From Takakia lepidozioides (lineage: Eukaryota > Plantae > Bryophyta), in contig CM060734.1 in the NCBI GenBank assembly GCA_030704615.1, positions 52,762,001-52,826,000 of the forward strand: a stretch of DNA of 64,000 nt, in the 5' to 3' direction. This document shows positions 35,659-53,578 of this stretch, piece by piece. Under the pieces are notes generated by a model. That model saw only the letters and a list, made by a program, of their open reading frames with translations, did not search any database and was not told the DNA's origin. Numbering within the stretch: position 1 is the stretch's first letter; each line of letters begins with the position of its first letter. The position numbers were made by a program, and so were the translations under genes.

Positions 35659-38600
35659 CTAAACACAACCTAGATGTGCTGGGGCTTTCATGACTGGACG
35701 TTTTTGGCAGGTTCTCAAACAAAGGGGGTATTGTGAATGTCTTGAACCCCCAAGCTTATCTGAAGGTACAAACCCTTCATGCTTCATTGCACCTCCCTGT
35801 GGTTGGAAAGTTCTCTCAAGTGCGGAAACAAGCTGCTCCTCTGTAAATTTCTCAGCTGGCTTCATCTGCATCACCCAAGATGCACAATAAATTATGTACT
35901 AAGGGACTGCAAGACCTCATAAAATATACTGTCAAGGGCCTAAGGGTTGTCTCTAATTATGTAAGCCAATGCAAGAAAATTACACCCACTGGTACTTGAC
36001 AAAGGAATTAGGTGATTGACATGGGCCAAGAATACCCATCTTCAAAGGTGGTAGTATTTGGGCCATCGACAACCCATGACTAAGGAACAAACTGAGGGGA
36101 TTTCTTCCAGTGAAACCATGGGTCTTTGCTCACCAATATGTTGTCAGCTATTGCCGCTGTTGCCTGGATTTGAGACACCAACTTGCCACACGTGTGGTGT
36201 GGAAAGAGCCTTTTCTTTGAGAAATTAGACTGGACTCAAGAAGGTTAAAAAGTGGGCAAATAGGTGCAAATAACTACCGAAGCATACCCTGGCAATGATA
36301 CTTGTTGGAGCATGGCATCTTCCACACTTGACGTATTGGCGTGCCGAACCTACAGATGTAAGTCTTGCAAAAGCCACATCAACGTGGCAATGGAATACGT
36401 TTCCCTAGAGCAATTTACCCGAATCATAGCCTCCCCTCCTAGAATGTGGACATCAATCGTTGGTTTCGTTTCAAGCGAGAACCTCCCAAATACTGATGCA
36501 TTGTTGCCATTCCCTTGGGGCTTTGGATACAACCCTACTTTTGTTGCGTTGCTAGTGGCTGGTGCCCTTGCTGTGACAGCCGGATCCTGTGGCTTGTCAT
36601 TTAAACCATGTCCATGACTCTGGAATTCCTTGATTTGAAATTCTGCCTCCTGGAGCTTGCTTTGCAGCTGTTGAATGTAGGCAATAGCATCACCTAACAA
36701 AGATGCTGTGTCCATCTGTAAGAGCACATCACATATATTAAATTTCCAATCCTGCCATACTCACTTGAGCATCCATGTGATGAACTGAATTGTCATAGAA
36801 TCATCCAGACAACCTCTTTCACCGTGTTTTTGGAGATGGAATTTCTGCATTGAACTACCCCAGCTGTTGTGATTTGGGACGACCCAGTGGACAAATACTA
36901 CAAACCATCCTAAAGACCTTCCATCAACCAGTTGGACAAGCCAAACAGCTGATTCTAGACATTTATGCTTGAGTGGTAAGAATACCAAACAGAGCTTGTA
37001 AAATCAACCCCTTATGCCCAAGTCAAGCAGACATCAAAGCAGCCATTGGAATCACCAGTGCCACCCTGCCCAACAGAGCCTACAAACAATCATCCCCAAC
37101 TTGCCCCAACATTATATTGCTGAGCACCAAACATTCATTTTCAGATATTGCTTTCCAGGGACAGGGACAGGAAAGACGGAGGGAACCTTGGAAACGTTTG
37201 GCACAACAGATCGCCGGGAGTAAACGCGCTGGTTCAGCTTTTCTCGCCTTTGGCGTTCAGCCTGCACATGGTTGAGAGGCTCCTCCCTGTCATTGGCTGG
37301 CTTGCGTCCACGCTTACGCGGAGGCTTTGGGCCAATACTCAAGCTGCATTCCAACCCACTCATTTTAACTGAAACCTCAGCCTCTGACTCAACACAGTCC
37401 TGTTCCGATTGATCCATACTGGAGCGTACATTTGCACTGCCTGGACGTCCAAAGGCCTCTGATTGTTGCTGCTGCATTTTGTATGCAGGGTTAGGCTTCT
37501 CCACCACACTCTTTGTATCTTCCTCTCTAGCACGGATGAAATGTACCTTCTCCTCTTGAGATGGTGACTGGCTTGGTCTCATTGCCTGTCTAGGGTCCGG
37601 AGGGTTTGAAATCTCACTCACTTCAGCATTCCCATTCTGTTGTGGATGCCCATTAATCGATTGTAAGTTGATATGAGGCATTTCCATCAGGCCCAATGAT
37701 GGAGGTCTTTTGTCTGGAATGGAAGACCTACTACTGGTATGCGGCACCACTGAATGCTTCACTTCTGGAACCAAAGTTCTATTTAAAGGACTTGATGCCA
37801 ATAAAGGGTTCTGTTCCTCCTGCAGTAACCGACCTACAGGAGGATAGAAAATGACAGGAAGTGCATGTTCCTTCTCAACATTGTCTCCTGATATTACGTC
37901 ACCAAAAGCAAATTCGTCAGCCTGCCAAAAGTAGTCCAATGTATCAATGCTTGTGCTCGCCAATGAGGATCCCATCTTATCGATTGGAAAGTGTCTCGCA
38001 GTGTAGTTTGAATCGTGCTCTTTTGCTAGACCTAAACTTGCATTCACTAAAGTAGGGTTGGTGATAGAGCCACTAGTTACTGCCACAGAAGCATTGCTTG
38101 GGGATGGCTGTAAGAAGTCTGGTTCACCATCCATTAGTAAGGTGTGAGACATATTCTGCACTTCATTGAGGCCGAATGCTGCCTCATCGAAGAGGTCATT
38201 GATGTTGCGAACAACTTCCCAATTTTCTGGGATCTGCAAAACACGGTATAGAAGGCCACATTAGCACAGCCTCCCTCATGTCTCTCAAGTCTGAAGATCG
38301 GAGTCTTTTACCAACTCCCAAAGGTTGATACTGCAGTTGAAGAGCTTTGTGATGGGGCACCATCTCACACATACGGGAAAGGACTACTTTGAGTGATTTG
38401 AATTGATATGTCAGCTGCTGTTCTCGAGAGACCAGTATTTGGGGTGTGACCTGAGTACAAGGCTACATGAAAATATGGACCGTAACATGTGCAAAGGGAA
38501 ATGATTACAAAATGGCTGCAGGTGGCGATGCCACTCACCAGATCCGTTGATCCAAGCTCAACAACACCACTCCTTGTCGGAACACATAATATTGTCTGCA

Positions 38601-41052
38601 AGAACAAAGGCTTTCAATGGCAAGCTGTAGCGAAGCGAACTGAGAATTTCCATGAATTTCACAACAACCAAAGCCTCAGCAGCTGATTGATTGAAAGAGA
38701 AATGTGCCACTGCAACCCTACCATGATGAAATCTTGAGACACTTGTGAAACTTGTCTACTCCAGAAGATAGATAGTTAAAACATTCCAGGGTAACAGCCA
38801 TAATCAACGAAGGCTTTAAACGTGAACCCTCATCCCAGATAAGACCAGCATTCATAAATAGACAAGGCCGGGTCTGAATGCCTACTTGAATGCCTGCCAT
38901 CTGGATTCCGGGAGATCCGCCAGAACCGCCCACATTGACAAACAGAGAAAGTTGTATCGAAGTAATATCTCTCTCTCATCACCTCGTGGGGGTATATGTA
39001 GACATCATAGCAACTGACTGACCAGATAGCAGTCAGAACCACAAGCTCTCTCTACAATCACGCAGTCTAAATCTTCTCATCAAATTTTGATGATCAAGTG
39101 AGATACAATAGACAGGATCAGCAGAGTTGTACCTTTGCCAACTGAGCACGCGTACAAATGTGACTAGGAGCCTTGTTGGCCTCAGTAAGCCATACATGAG
39201 TTCTGCCTGCTAACGCCTGGCCAGGGGTCCTACATCAGACAGGTTCCCCAATGATGGTCAATCTTTCTTCCAGTAGAGTGTTTGAACTTCTTGAGTTCAG
39301 GGCATAAGTTATAATTTGCAGAAATTCGAAAGTGGAGACCTCGACATACTGACACAGGAAAGGTGTAAATGTAAAGAAGATGAGGAAGGGAGACCTGGCA
39401 GGCATGTGCCATGCACAAAGTCTCCAGGGGGGTTTAATTCTGAGGGCTCCCGACTGCAAAAGGAGGTTAGGGTCTTCTGAGGGAATTATATCAGTTTCAC
39501 GTGCCTGGCTGCCTCAATTTGCAATTGATGCAATTGAGCTAATGAGAGGATCCATCCAATCTTCAGGGGTCAGTTTTTTACTGTCATCATGGGACCCATT
39601 CTTCCCAAGCTTCATGCTTCATACTGTTTCCTCGCCAGCATGTTCAGACCTTTGGCTCTGGAGGTGGCATGTGCTTCCAAGTTTGATGTTAAAGCAGGCT
39701 GATGGCTGGTGCTTCAAGTTAGTTCTGGAAGCATGTGATTATAATGAGGGCTTCTTGAGAGGGCCATTAGTCTCCTTTGCTTTTCTTGATTTTGCTAGCT
39801 GTAACATGGAAAGGTTATCTCATAAAGTTACATATTGGCGCCTTTTCTCTTTGACAAAACAGAAAAAGAGAGAGATAGAGAGCATATAAAATGAGGTGGG
39901 CCCAAGGAGACGATACCCAACTCCATGAGGGAAGGAACATGACATGGAGACAAGGTAGAACCACTCCGTGTCAGTGACATAGTCAGCCCCTGCAGCGGTT
40001 GCATCTCACTCTGAACTGCACACAAGAGCTTGCAGCTCCCGCAACACTTTCCTTCTGAGCAGCTGGTCCTCTTCGCTTCCCCCTCTCTCCAAATGCTGGA
40101 TCTCATTCTCCTTCAGCATCCTGAAGTACCCATCACCCCAACCCAAAAGCCTGCAACAAACACCCTACCATATCAGCTTTCAACTTCTCACTTTTGTACC
40201 TCATATCATGAGTTCCTCTCTCTCAGAAAACTGTTCGTATAAGTGGACATTAGAAGAAGGCTCACAAGGTCGATACAATTGAGCCTAGGAATCTAATTGA
40301 GCCTCATCAACTTTATAGAAGCCCCTTCTGGATGCCAGAAACTCAAATGCCATTTCATGGTCGTAACTGCTAACAAACAAGAACCCAAAATGGTTCTGTG
40401 ACATCAGTGGCCATGCTTTTCAGATTTATAGCACATTGTAAAGTGTTTATGCCACTGTGGACAACTGCAGACTATTCTCACGTGAAAGAGAAGCCGAAAC
40501 TGTTTAATTCTGGTCTCCAATAATTCCGAAGTGACATGTGCACCATTACGCATGATCCTCCCACATGTACAGGAATGCTGTAGGAATAGGGTATTTCACC
40601 AAGCACGGGACGAACAAACAGGTCTTATGATTCATTCCCTGGTGGAGTATTACAAAGTCTTTGTACCCCTTGCAACTATGATGGCCAAAGAAGCATACAG
40701 ATTCAAAAGGAACCGGAATCGGACTCTGAAACCCACTCTGCATGAATACAGATATGTAGAGATATGGACGGATGCTTAAGCTCACAACAATGCAGTCCAC
40801 ATCAATCACCAACCCATTCTCAGGAAAAGTTTCTCCATTTTTAACCTCCAGTCTGTCAGCAAAATTAACATTTTGGTACCTATGAGAAGATTTGGCAGAT
40901 CTGAAAACCAGGAAAACAGTCCCTGCTGGATAAGTCCATGTCAACTCCATGGGTTAGGGTCAACTACAACTTCCCTGCATCTTCAAACTGCGGGCATGTG
41001 TGTCTGTGGGTGGGGGGTGTGTTGTGTTGTGTGTTGTGTGAGAGAGGAAGAT

Positions 41053-41101
<49 letters not shown>

Positions 41102-41628
41102 CAAGAAACTGTCCTTGCCGGTCCTAAACCCTGCGGCCAGGATTAAACCGCGGGAGGGCCCAAGAGCTTACTTCGGTGATCGCCATATGTCCCCGCCACT
41201 TTGTTGAGAGAAAGCAAAGAAGAGAAGAGAGAGGGTAAAGACATAAAACATGGGAACGTACCTGACACAGCTATACAGAAGGCCCTCATGGTTTGCTTCA
41301 ACTGTCTAGTTCCACACTACTACAAGCGAGCATGCACACACCCTGGCGGGTGGAGAAAGAAAAGAGAGGAGGGCACATACATCTCTCCAGTGGGCGAATT
41401 AGAGAGTTGCCAAAATATGCCATATGTCCAATTCACAGATGTTTCTTCCACCAGAAGACGCAGCTTCTGCAGCAGCACAGTATCACTTAACTCTAGCGCA
41501 TCCCCTCCAGTTCCACCCAATTCTTCCTGAATCTGATAATTAGGTAAACTGTAGCCAGGACCCATGAAAGCCTCCAGCATGGCATCATTGTCTTCATCCC
41601 ATAAGCTTCGGTTATGTCCCTCCATCAT
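35659..41628 (-). pseudogene. MYC2: MYC2-type bHLH (IIId/e) transcription factor with premature stops
   Basis: Exons 41381-41628, 39917-40150, 39133-39229, 38886-38900, 38539-38595, 37187-38233, ~36288-36715 and 35659-35865. Motifs: [70 protein letters not shown]. In-frame TGA at 40008-40006 and TAG at 36352-36350. Confidence 0.85.
41057..41098. repeat. (GA)n microsatellite in MYC intron 1
   Basis: Uninterrupted GA dinucleotide run of ~21 units. Confidence 0.95.
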
Positions 41629-44142
41629 CTTAGCTCTAGTCTATCAGAAGATACTACGTAGGGTCTTGCTATGAATCCAGCCAAAACTTCTTCCCTCTTC
41701 ATCCATCTCCATCAACAGTCCAACGCGATCCGAGCGCCAATGCCGACGTACCCAAAAAACCCTTTACCAATCCCCCACCCATATCGAGTAAGGACTCGCC
41801 CCATTCTTTTCTTCAACAACATCACCAAAAACAACAATACCCTACCCCCCTTCATCAACCTGCTCAATCACATCCCAAATTTCCGCCTCCAGATTCCACA
41901 ACCCTAGTCCAAACCGTCTTCTTCAACCTTCGATCCACCTTCCTGCTTTTCCTTCTCACATTACTCCATGCCTGCGCCCACACCTGCCTAGCCTCAACCC
42001 TGGCGAGATCACTAGTGCGCCCTGTAGCAGCCCTCTCTCTCATCCGAGCTTTGCAAGACCGGTGTCTTGTACAATACAGTACAAATACCAAAATACATCA
42101 ACAAATACCTACGTGTATCCTCTTCAGCAGCTTAATGCTTACATGAGCCTGACGCATCTTCCTCTCTGACATCGAAAAGCGCTGTGATGTCATCCTTCCT
42201 CGTGATCTCTTCTCACTGGCTATGGCCGGCCCACCTACCTCGTCACCACGCAGACGGAGTTTCTAGTACTTTTGTATGAGAGAAAACGATACCCAAATGT
42301 GGTCCCGGATGACACACCTCGAATCACGATCCAACATAACCCTGATCGATTTGACACTAAGCAAACAAGTACGCTCTGCTCTGTAGGGACGGAGTATCTC
42401 ATACCCCGTGTATCTGTGTGGTCCCCACATTCATGCATGCCAGGGAAAGGGGTCAAAGGCAATGAATCCCATGTGACTCACCACGTTCAGGGCAGTCGAA
42501 GGCACGTGCTTTGAAGGGGTGCATGTGAAGGAGTAGGTGTGTTTGCTATTCTGCACAGCTGCCGCAGCAGGCAGCAATGTGGCCCTACAAACATGCTCAT
42601 GAATAGAGGATTGAGAGCATGCCGCACTGTCTCGCACCTTTGGTGGTCATGAAGAACACATGCTCAGAATATCCACATGCCTGCATTGTGCTAATCATCT
42701 GCTCGCTGAGTTACTCTTGGCAGCTTGTGACCTGATTACCGAGTTTTTGTTTCGGCTCAAGCTTGCTTTAGCCTTTCTCAGATTTCGGATTAGAGGATCC
42801 GGGAAAATTTCGGAAACACGTGGGTAGGAACTTTACTTGTCATAAAAACATGGCTGAATAAGGCAATGCCCGGGGCAGAGCTGGAAGAAATGGAAGTGGT
42901 TTTGCGGACAGGAAGGCACTCGAATTTGCACAGGAATTTTGCAGCCAGGGTTTAAGGTCCGGTGGTATGCCTGTTGTGTTTGTCGTTTCCTTTGATACGT
43001 TTGATTACAAACTGGCGTGGGTCTCAATGTATAGAGTCAGAGAGAGGGATTCACACACAGATCTTCATGCTAAAAAAGTGGGGAGTGTTGTGCCGTGAAA
43101 CGAGGGACCGGGCCCTGAATTTGTGCCTGCTGCGGAATCATATTCCTGTTTGAGAAGAACCCCAATAGCATCTGAAACTAGTACATGTGGCTATGCTCTC
43201 ACTGACGGGAATTAATACACATATGATTCATATACTCGAGACCAGTTCATCCCACTTCCAAGTGACGACCAAATGACGCACATCAAGTAGAAAGAGTAAC
43301 ATCGCTATTTCCAGCAGAGTTTGGGGAAGTCCACAGTAGTAAGGCCTCCCAATGTCTAGTTCATGCAGAGACACACCACCAGCTATGCTTGTAATTTCTC
43401 AGGGAGCATCATATCCCTATATTCATTCTTTCCAGAAAAAAAATGGTTGTGTGTTTTTCTGGCAGGGTAGAGCTCTCGTCTTTTTCTTGTTTTTTCCCAT
43501 CCTGGTGGCGCTGGTGCTTTCTGCCAGATAAAGGAGCCTGGAGCTGACTAGTCAGTTCAGCTCTGCAGGTTCTCCATCCTAAGTACACTAGCTGGGCCAC
43601 AGTGGCCCAAACCTGCATCCAAGAGCCTCTTATCTAAATCTCTTCCCCTCCTCTCTTGACCTCCGGAACAAAGTCCAGAATGGCCCAACTTCTCCTGTCT
43701 ACATAGTGATGCAGCAGATACTTGTGCCTTCCAGACAAAGAGCTTTGCACAAGAGGACCTGGGTAAATCCAAACTTTCTTACAGCAGCACTAAAGAACGG
43801 GTACTGTAGAATGATCTGCTATCTGACCTGTTTTTGCCATACAGGAAGACTGTCCTGATTGGTAAGTCCATAGAAGCCTGACACAGAGTAGTCCTAATAC
43901 CCTAGAAGGGTTGTCAGTGCCAGCCATATTCTGCTGATCCAAACTCCAGGGCAGGATCCAGCACCTTGTAACAATTCCTGAAGAGAGATTGACCAAAAAA
44001 CACAAAGGTATGATGCCTGTGGAGCAGTTTTTCTTATGCATCTGTTATCACTACAAATTCTAAGGATATAGCCATCCAACCCACCCTTTCATGGGGAGTC
44101 TCCCCCAAACTGGCAACCAAAAGTAACACACCTTGGAGGAGG

Positions 44143-49671
<5,529 letters not shown>

Positions 49672-50166
49672 TCCACGATCCTCCCCCTCCCACCCCACCA
49701 CCACTCCTTACCCCAATGCCTCCAAGCAAGCAAACACGGCACAGCTGTTCCCTTCCCTTTTCAGTGCGATCCTGCGCATGCTCACCCTCTTCTGCCTCTC
49801 TCCCTCTCTCTCTCTCTCTCTCCCTCCGATCGCAACAAGCTCCTCTATCAAACGTGGCTATGGCTTCTCCTCTCTCAATTTCGCACTCTCCTGCCTCCCT
49901 TGCAGCACAACCCTTGGACCTCTTCCTGCACACACCAAACTGGTCGCCGTCCCACGGTCTCTGTCGCTATCCGATGGTACACCCTCTCATGTGCAAATTT
50001 TGTTACATTTTGTAGTTTGTTTTAAAAAACAAAAAGAGATTTTGTAGTAGAATGTAGAAATGCAACACATTAATTAAAAACAAAATTAAGTTTTCTTTTT
50101 CCCCCTTTATCAGTAAAATAAGACTAAATGGCTTCTCCCTATTGTTTTTGAAAATGTTTAAAAAAC

Positions 50167-50241
50167 TAGTAGATAGCTCAGTTGGATAGAGCCCTGAGTG
50201 CCACCAGGAGTGATTCTAGGTTCAAATCCTGCTACCTTTTT
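50167..50241 (+). other. tRNA-derived (SINE-head-like or pseudo-tRNA) sequence
   Basis: A box TAGCTCAGTTGG, D-stem GCTC/GAGC, CCTG/CAGG stem around TGCCA, B box GGTTCAAATCC, then TTTTT. The acceptor stem is defective. Confidence 0.6.
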
Positions 50242-53200
50242 CAGTTGTGGTATGATGATCTTCTCCCCCTTCCTGGGCAGTGTCCCTTGAGCCTTGCCTC
50301 ATTTTGAGGTTACTAGTTGCTGCTACTTACGATGAAAGATGCTCTTTTCTCTCTCTTTTTTAAAAGCAAATATCTTTTTTCTTTTCTCCTCTCAATATAA
50401 TTAAGGGGCCTTGGGGTGTTTTCCTTTTGTAAAATTTAAATTAAAAACAAAACAATTAGGGGTTTTAAATTTTTTCCCCACCATCTTTTTCCCAAATAAT
50501 TATAAATAAAATTTCATCAGGGCCTCTCAGTGTCCCCTGTTCACAAATTTTTTTTTAAAAACAATTTTCCTCTCGCTGGGGCTGGTGTTTGCTTGGGGGA
50601 AAAGAAAACAAGAGATGAGAGAATCTTCGGCGCAGCCCAAGTGCTGTCAGTAGCAATTAGTAGCTCAACTGCAGAAAAGCAAGATAGAATTTGAAGCAGA
50701 GGGTAGGTAGGTATGGCACTGTGCACCCACCGGTCTTGTCTCTAGCATTGCACAGTCAAAAGCTATGAGTCGATCAAGGGTGGTTTTGAAACTTGCAACC
50801 ACCCTTGATATATGTGTTCACGTAGACGTAATGATTGCCGCGTGATTGAATGTGATCTCTCAAGATTAAAAGACAAAGAATTAGATTCCGACACAAGGAT
50901 CCATTGTCAGTGCTAAGCTACATATATCCATTTGTAAGCACGGCATTTATGGGCACCCATTCCCAACAATCGTCTTTGGATTCCCACTGTGTTCAGAATG
51001 TGAGCACTGCTTATTACTTAAAGGAGAGAGAAAGTAAGGAACCCGGTCAACCAGGTCACTGAGCAGTCTTTTACAGCAGCAAGCAGCCATCATGCCAACA
51101 TCGATAGCTAATAACTACATTGACCTGGTTCCTTAATTCCTCGCTCCTTTAACTCTCCTTTAAGTACACTATATCTCCCTCTCTCATGAATACTGAAGCA
51201 GCACAAGAAAGCCAACTTGTAGATAAGTATAACTCGATCAAACCCTCGATAAGTTTGCTGAAGTTTCTTTCCGCCCTTCATCGACCATGTTGTCTCCTAC
51301 ACCTGCCCAAATCAACAAGGCCAGGGTCCGCTCGTTGCAAAACTAGGTTCCACCCCACTCCACCCACTCAAACCTCTTCCAAAGCTCTCTCTAAGCTCTC
51401 GTATCCTTACCATGTCCTCACAGACAGACTGAACGACGATCCTCAGGGGAGAGAGACAACTCCGAAATCGCCGCGTGTGAAGCCTGAGTGCCGGCCTCGT
51501 GTCGGTCACCCCGAGCCGCCACAGCCCATAGGATGGTGCCCCCTTGCTCGCCCACCGGCTGTGGCCGGTAAAAAGGGGATCTTCACGGCCGACTGCCCGA
51601 GGATCAAATTTACACAGATCCCAAGACAGATATTAAAAATATATATTTTGTTTTTGGCAAAAGTAAATCGGATTCTCTCCTAGAGGGTTAATATAGTAGT
51701 GGGGGCTATGGAAAGCCCGCCAGTGCGGGCAAACGATATGGGATATATCAGAGGATAATACAGATGCACGGTCCGTGATTTTAAAGGGCCTTCTTTTCGA
51801 TGTGAAAGGAATTCGGTAACCTAACGTAGGGCAGGTTAGATGTTAACTGTGGTTACTTACGTTTCCTTTTCCTCCTTTTACTCTTTCCTTGCCTGCTCTC
51901 CTCTCGATATCTGATCCTGGCTCGCAACATGACGAACAAGAGGGCCTGTAAGATAGCGATTTACTTTGTATCGATTGCTTTGTAGCTGTTTCTGTGTTGG
52001 AGCATGCAGGTGTGGGAATTGTTGTGGGGATTTCGGGTGCTGGGTCGGTTCGTGCTGTAGCAATTGGGGAGAGACAGGGGAGGGGCTTACAGTCCTTGGG
52101 TTGGGTGCAGAGGTGGACTCGGATTTTCGGTGCTGCAATCAACCGGAGTCGGGTTGTTGGTTCTGGTAAGTTTCGTGCTCTTTCGCTTGTGATTACATGC
52201 GGTGTTTTGCCATTGACTTGGATAATTGGGGAGAGGAGAGAAGAGGGAGGGGTTTACGGTGCTGGGATTACGGGGACGGTTCTTATTTTTCGTCGTGCAT
52301 GGATTGGTTGGCCTTTCTTATCTCGTGTGTCCGTCGTATGCCATAGGAGAGGAGGGGGTACTTGTGCTTACCTTATGAATTCAGAAGATAGTCGTTTGTA
52401 TCGCATGGTCGCTTGTTGGGTGTCTTTGCTTTCTTCTGAAAAGACTTTTCTTTGGCATAAGGCTGTCAATTTGTTGCATGTACGACCCCAAATTCGAAGA
52501 GACTCCACTTGGCGCGTAATTCCTTTGTGTAATTCATTCTTCTGCCTTGGTGTTGGATTGTACTCGGTGGTTGATGCTTGTGCTTTTCGGTTCCACCGAA
52601 TTCGGTCTTTAGACCTCGTGAAGCACTTGTGATGATGCCATGGTTTTCTTGTTGGCTTTGGATGCACACGTAGTGCACTTTGACCCCCCTGCATGGACTT
52701 TCTTCTTTGTCCTGCTTGCGTACCTCTGTGTATCATACGGAGGTCTTGAGGCTCTTCTTTACTTGCAATCTGATGTCCCCATGTGTGTCGCGTACTGTTA
52801 TTTGGAAGGGAATTGGTAATCGTAGACTTGGCACATTTGACCTGTTGATGAGTAAGCTTCGGAGGGAAATTCTGCAGTGACTCTGCACACTGTGAAGTAT
52901 TGACTTCGCATCACGTTTGGACTTGGGCTTGCATACACGGAAAGGACGTTCTCCGTTGAAGCCCAGTTGTGATTCTTTTGAGCAACTCCGTAGTTAATGA
53001 TGGTGTCAAATCATGTCTTAACAGTTTGATTCCATTGATTTAATGTATCTCTCTTGATAGATTGAGCATCCTTTGGACTTGGGCTTTGGCATGGATGTGT
53101 TTCTGATTCTAATATTTGTTATTGCTCAAGTTGGACCATGGGTATTGTTTTGTGCATAGTAGGTCTCTAGTCTCTACATGAGCATTGTGTGGCACTGATG

Positions 53201-53578
53201 TTTGGTTTTTGCACATGGTTTTCTTCATCTCTACTGCCTTAGCATAGCGGAGGCAGGATTGTTTATGAGAATGCCTGTTCTTGGTAGGTGTGGTGCTAGC
53301 CTTATTCTGGGTTAGTCTATGAAAAATCTTCGCCTCCCAATATTCTCCAGGGCTGACACCTAATGTATAACATATATTAGTGGTTAATTGATCTGCTTTG
53401 CTCTTGGTATAGTTTGTTCTCCAACTTTAATTTGGCAGGTCTGTGTGACCTGTCTGAGGTTTAACAGTTGCACTGGAATCGATCATGCGCTTTAACTTCT
53501 TCACTGCACGTCAATTTGGTGTGGCATGTAGGGTGAAAGCCTTCTTTGTGGCAGGGGTGTTACGGTGATAACAAGAAC

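Noticed and set aside
40006-40008. Selenocysteine, readthrough or a 20-nt mini-intron rescuing the MYC TGA
   Set aside because: Land plants lack Sec machinery, 20 nt is too short for an intron, and independent lesions elsewhere point to decay.
42503-42822. G-boxes (CACGTG at 42503 and 42817) as MYC autoregulatory sites
   Set aside because: Hexamers at this density are expected by chance and there is no supporting evidence.
50167-50241. Functional tRNA-Gly(GCC)
   Set aside because: The acceptor and T stems do not pair properly and the anticodon loop is 8 nt. Treated as tRNA-derived.
51994-52736. 212-aa and 122-aa ORFs as genes
   Set aside because: They span a likely 5' UTR exon and intron (donor G|GTAAG at ~52166) of the ATI3-like gene and have no motifs.
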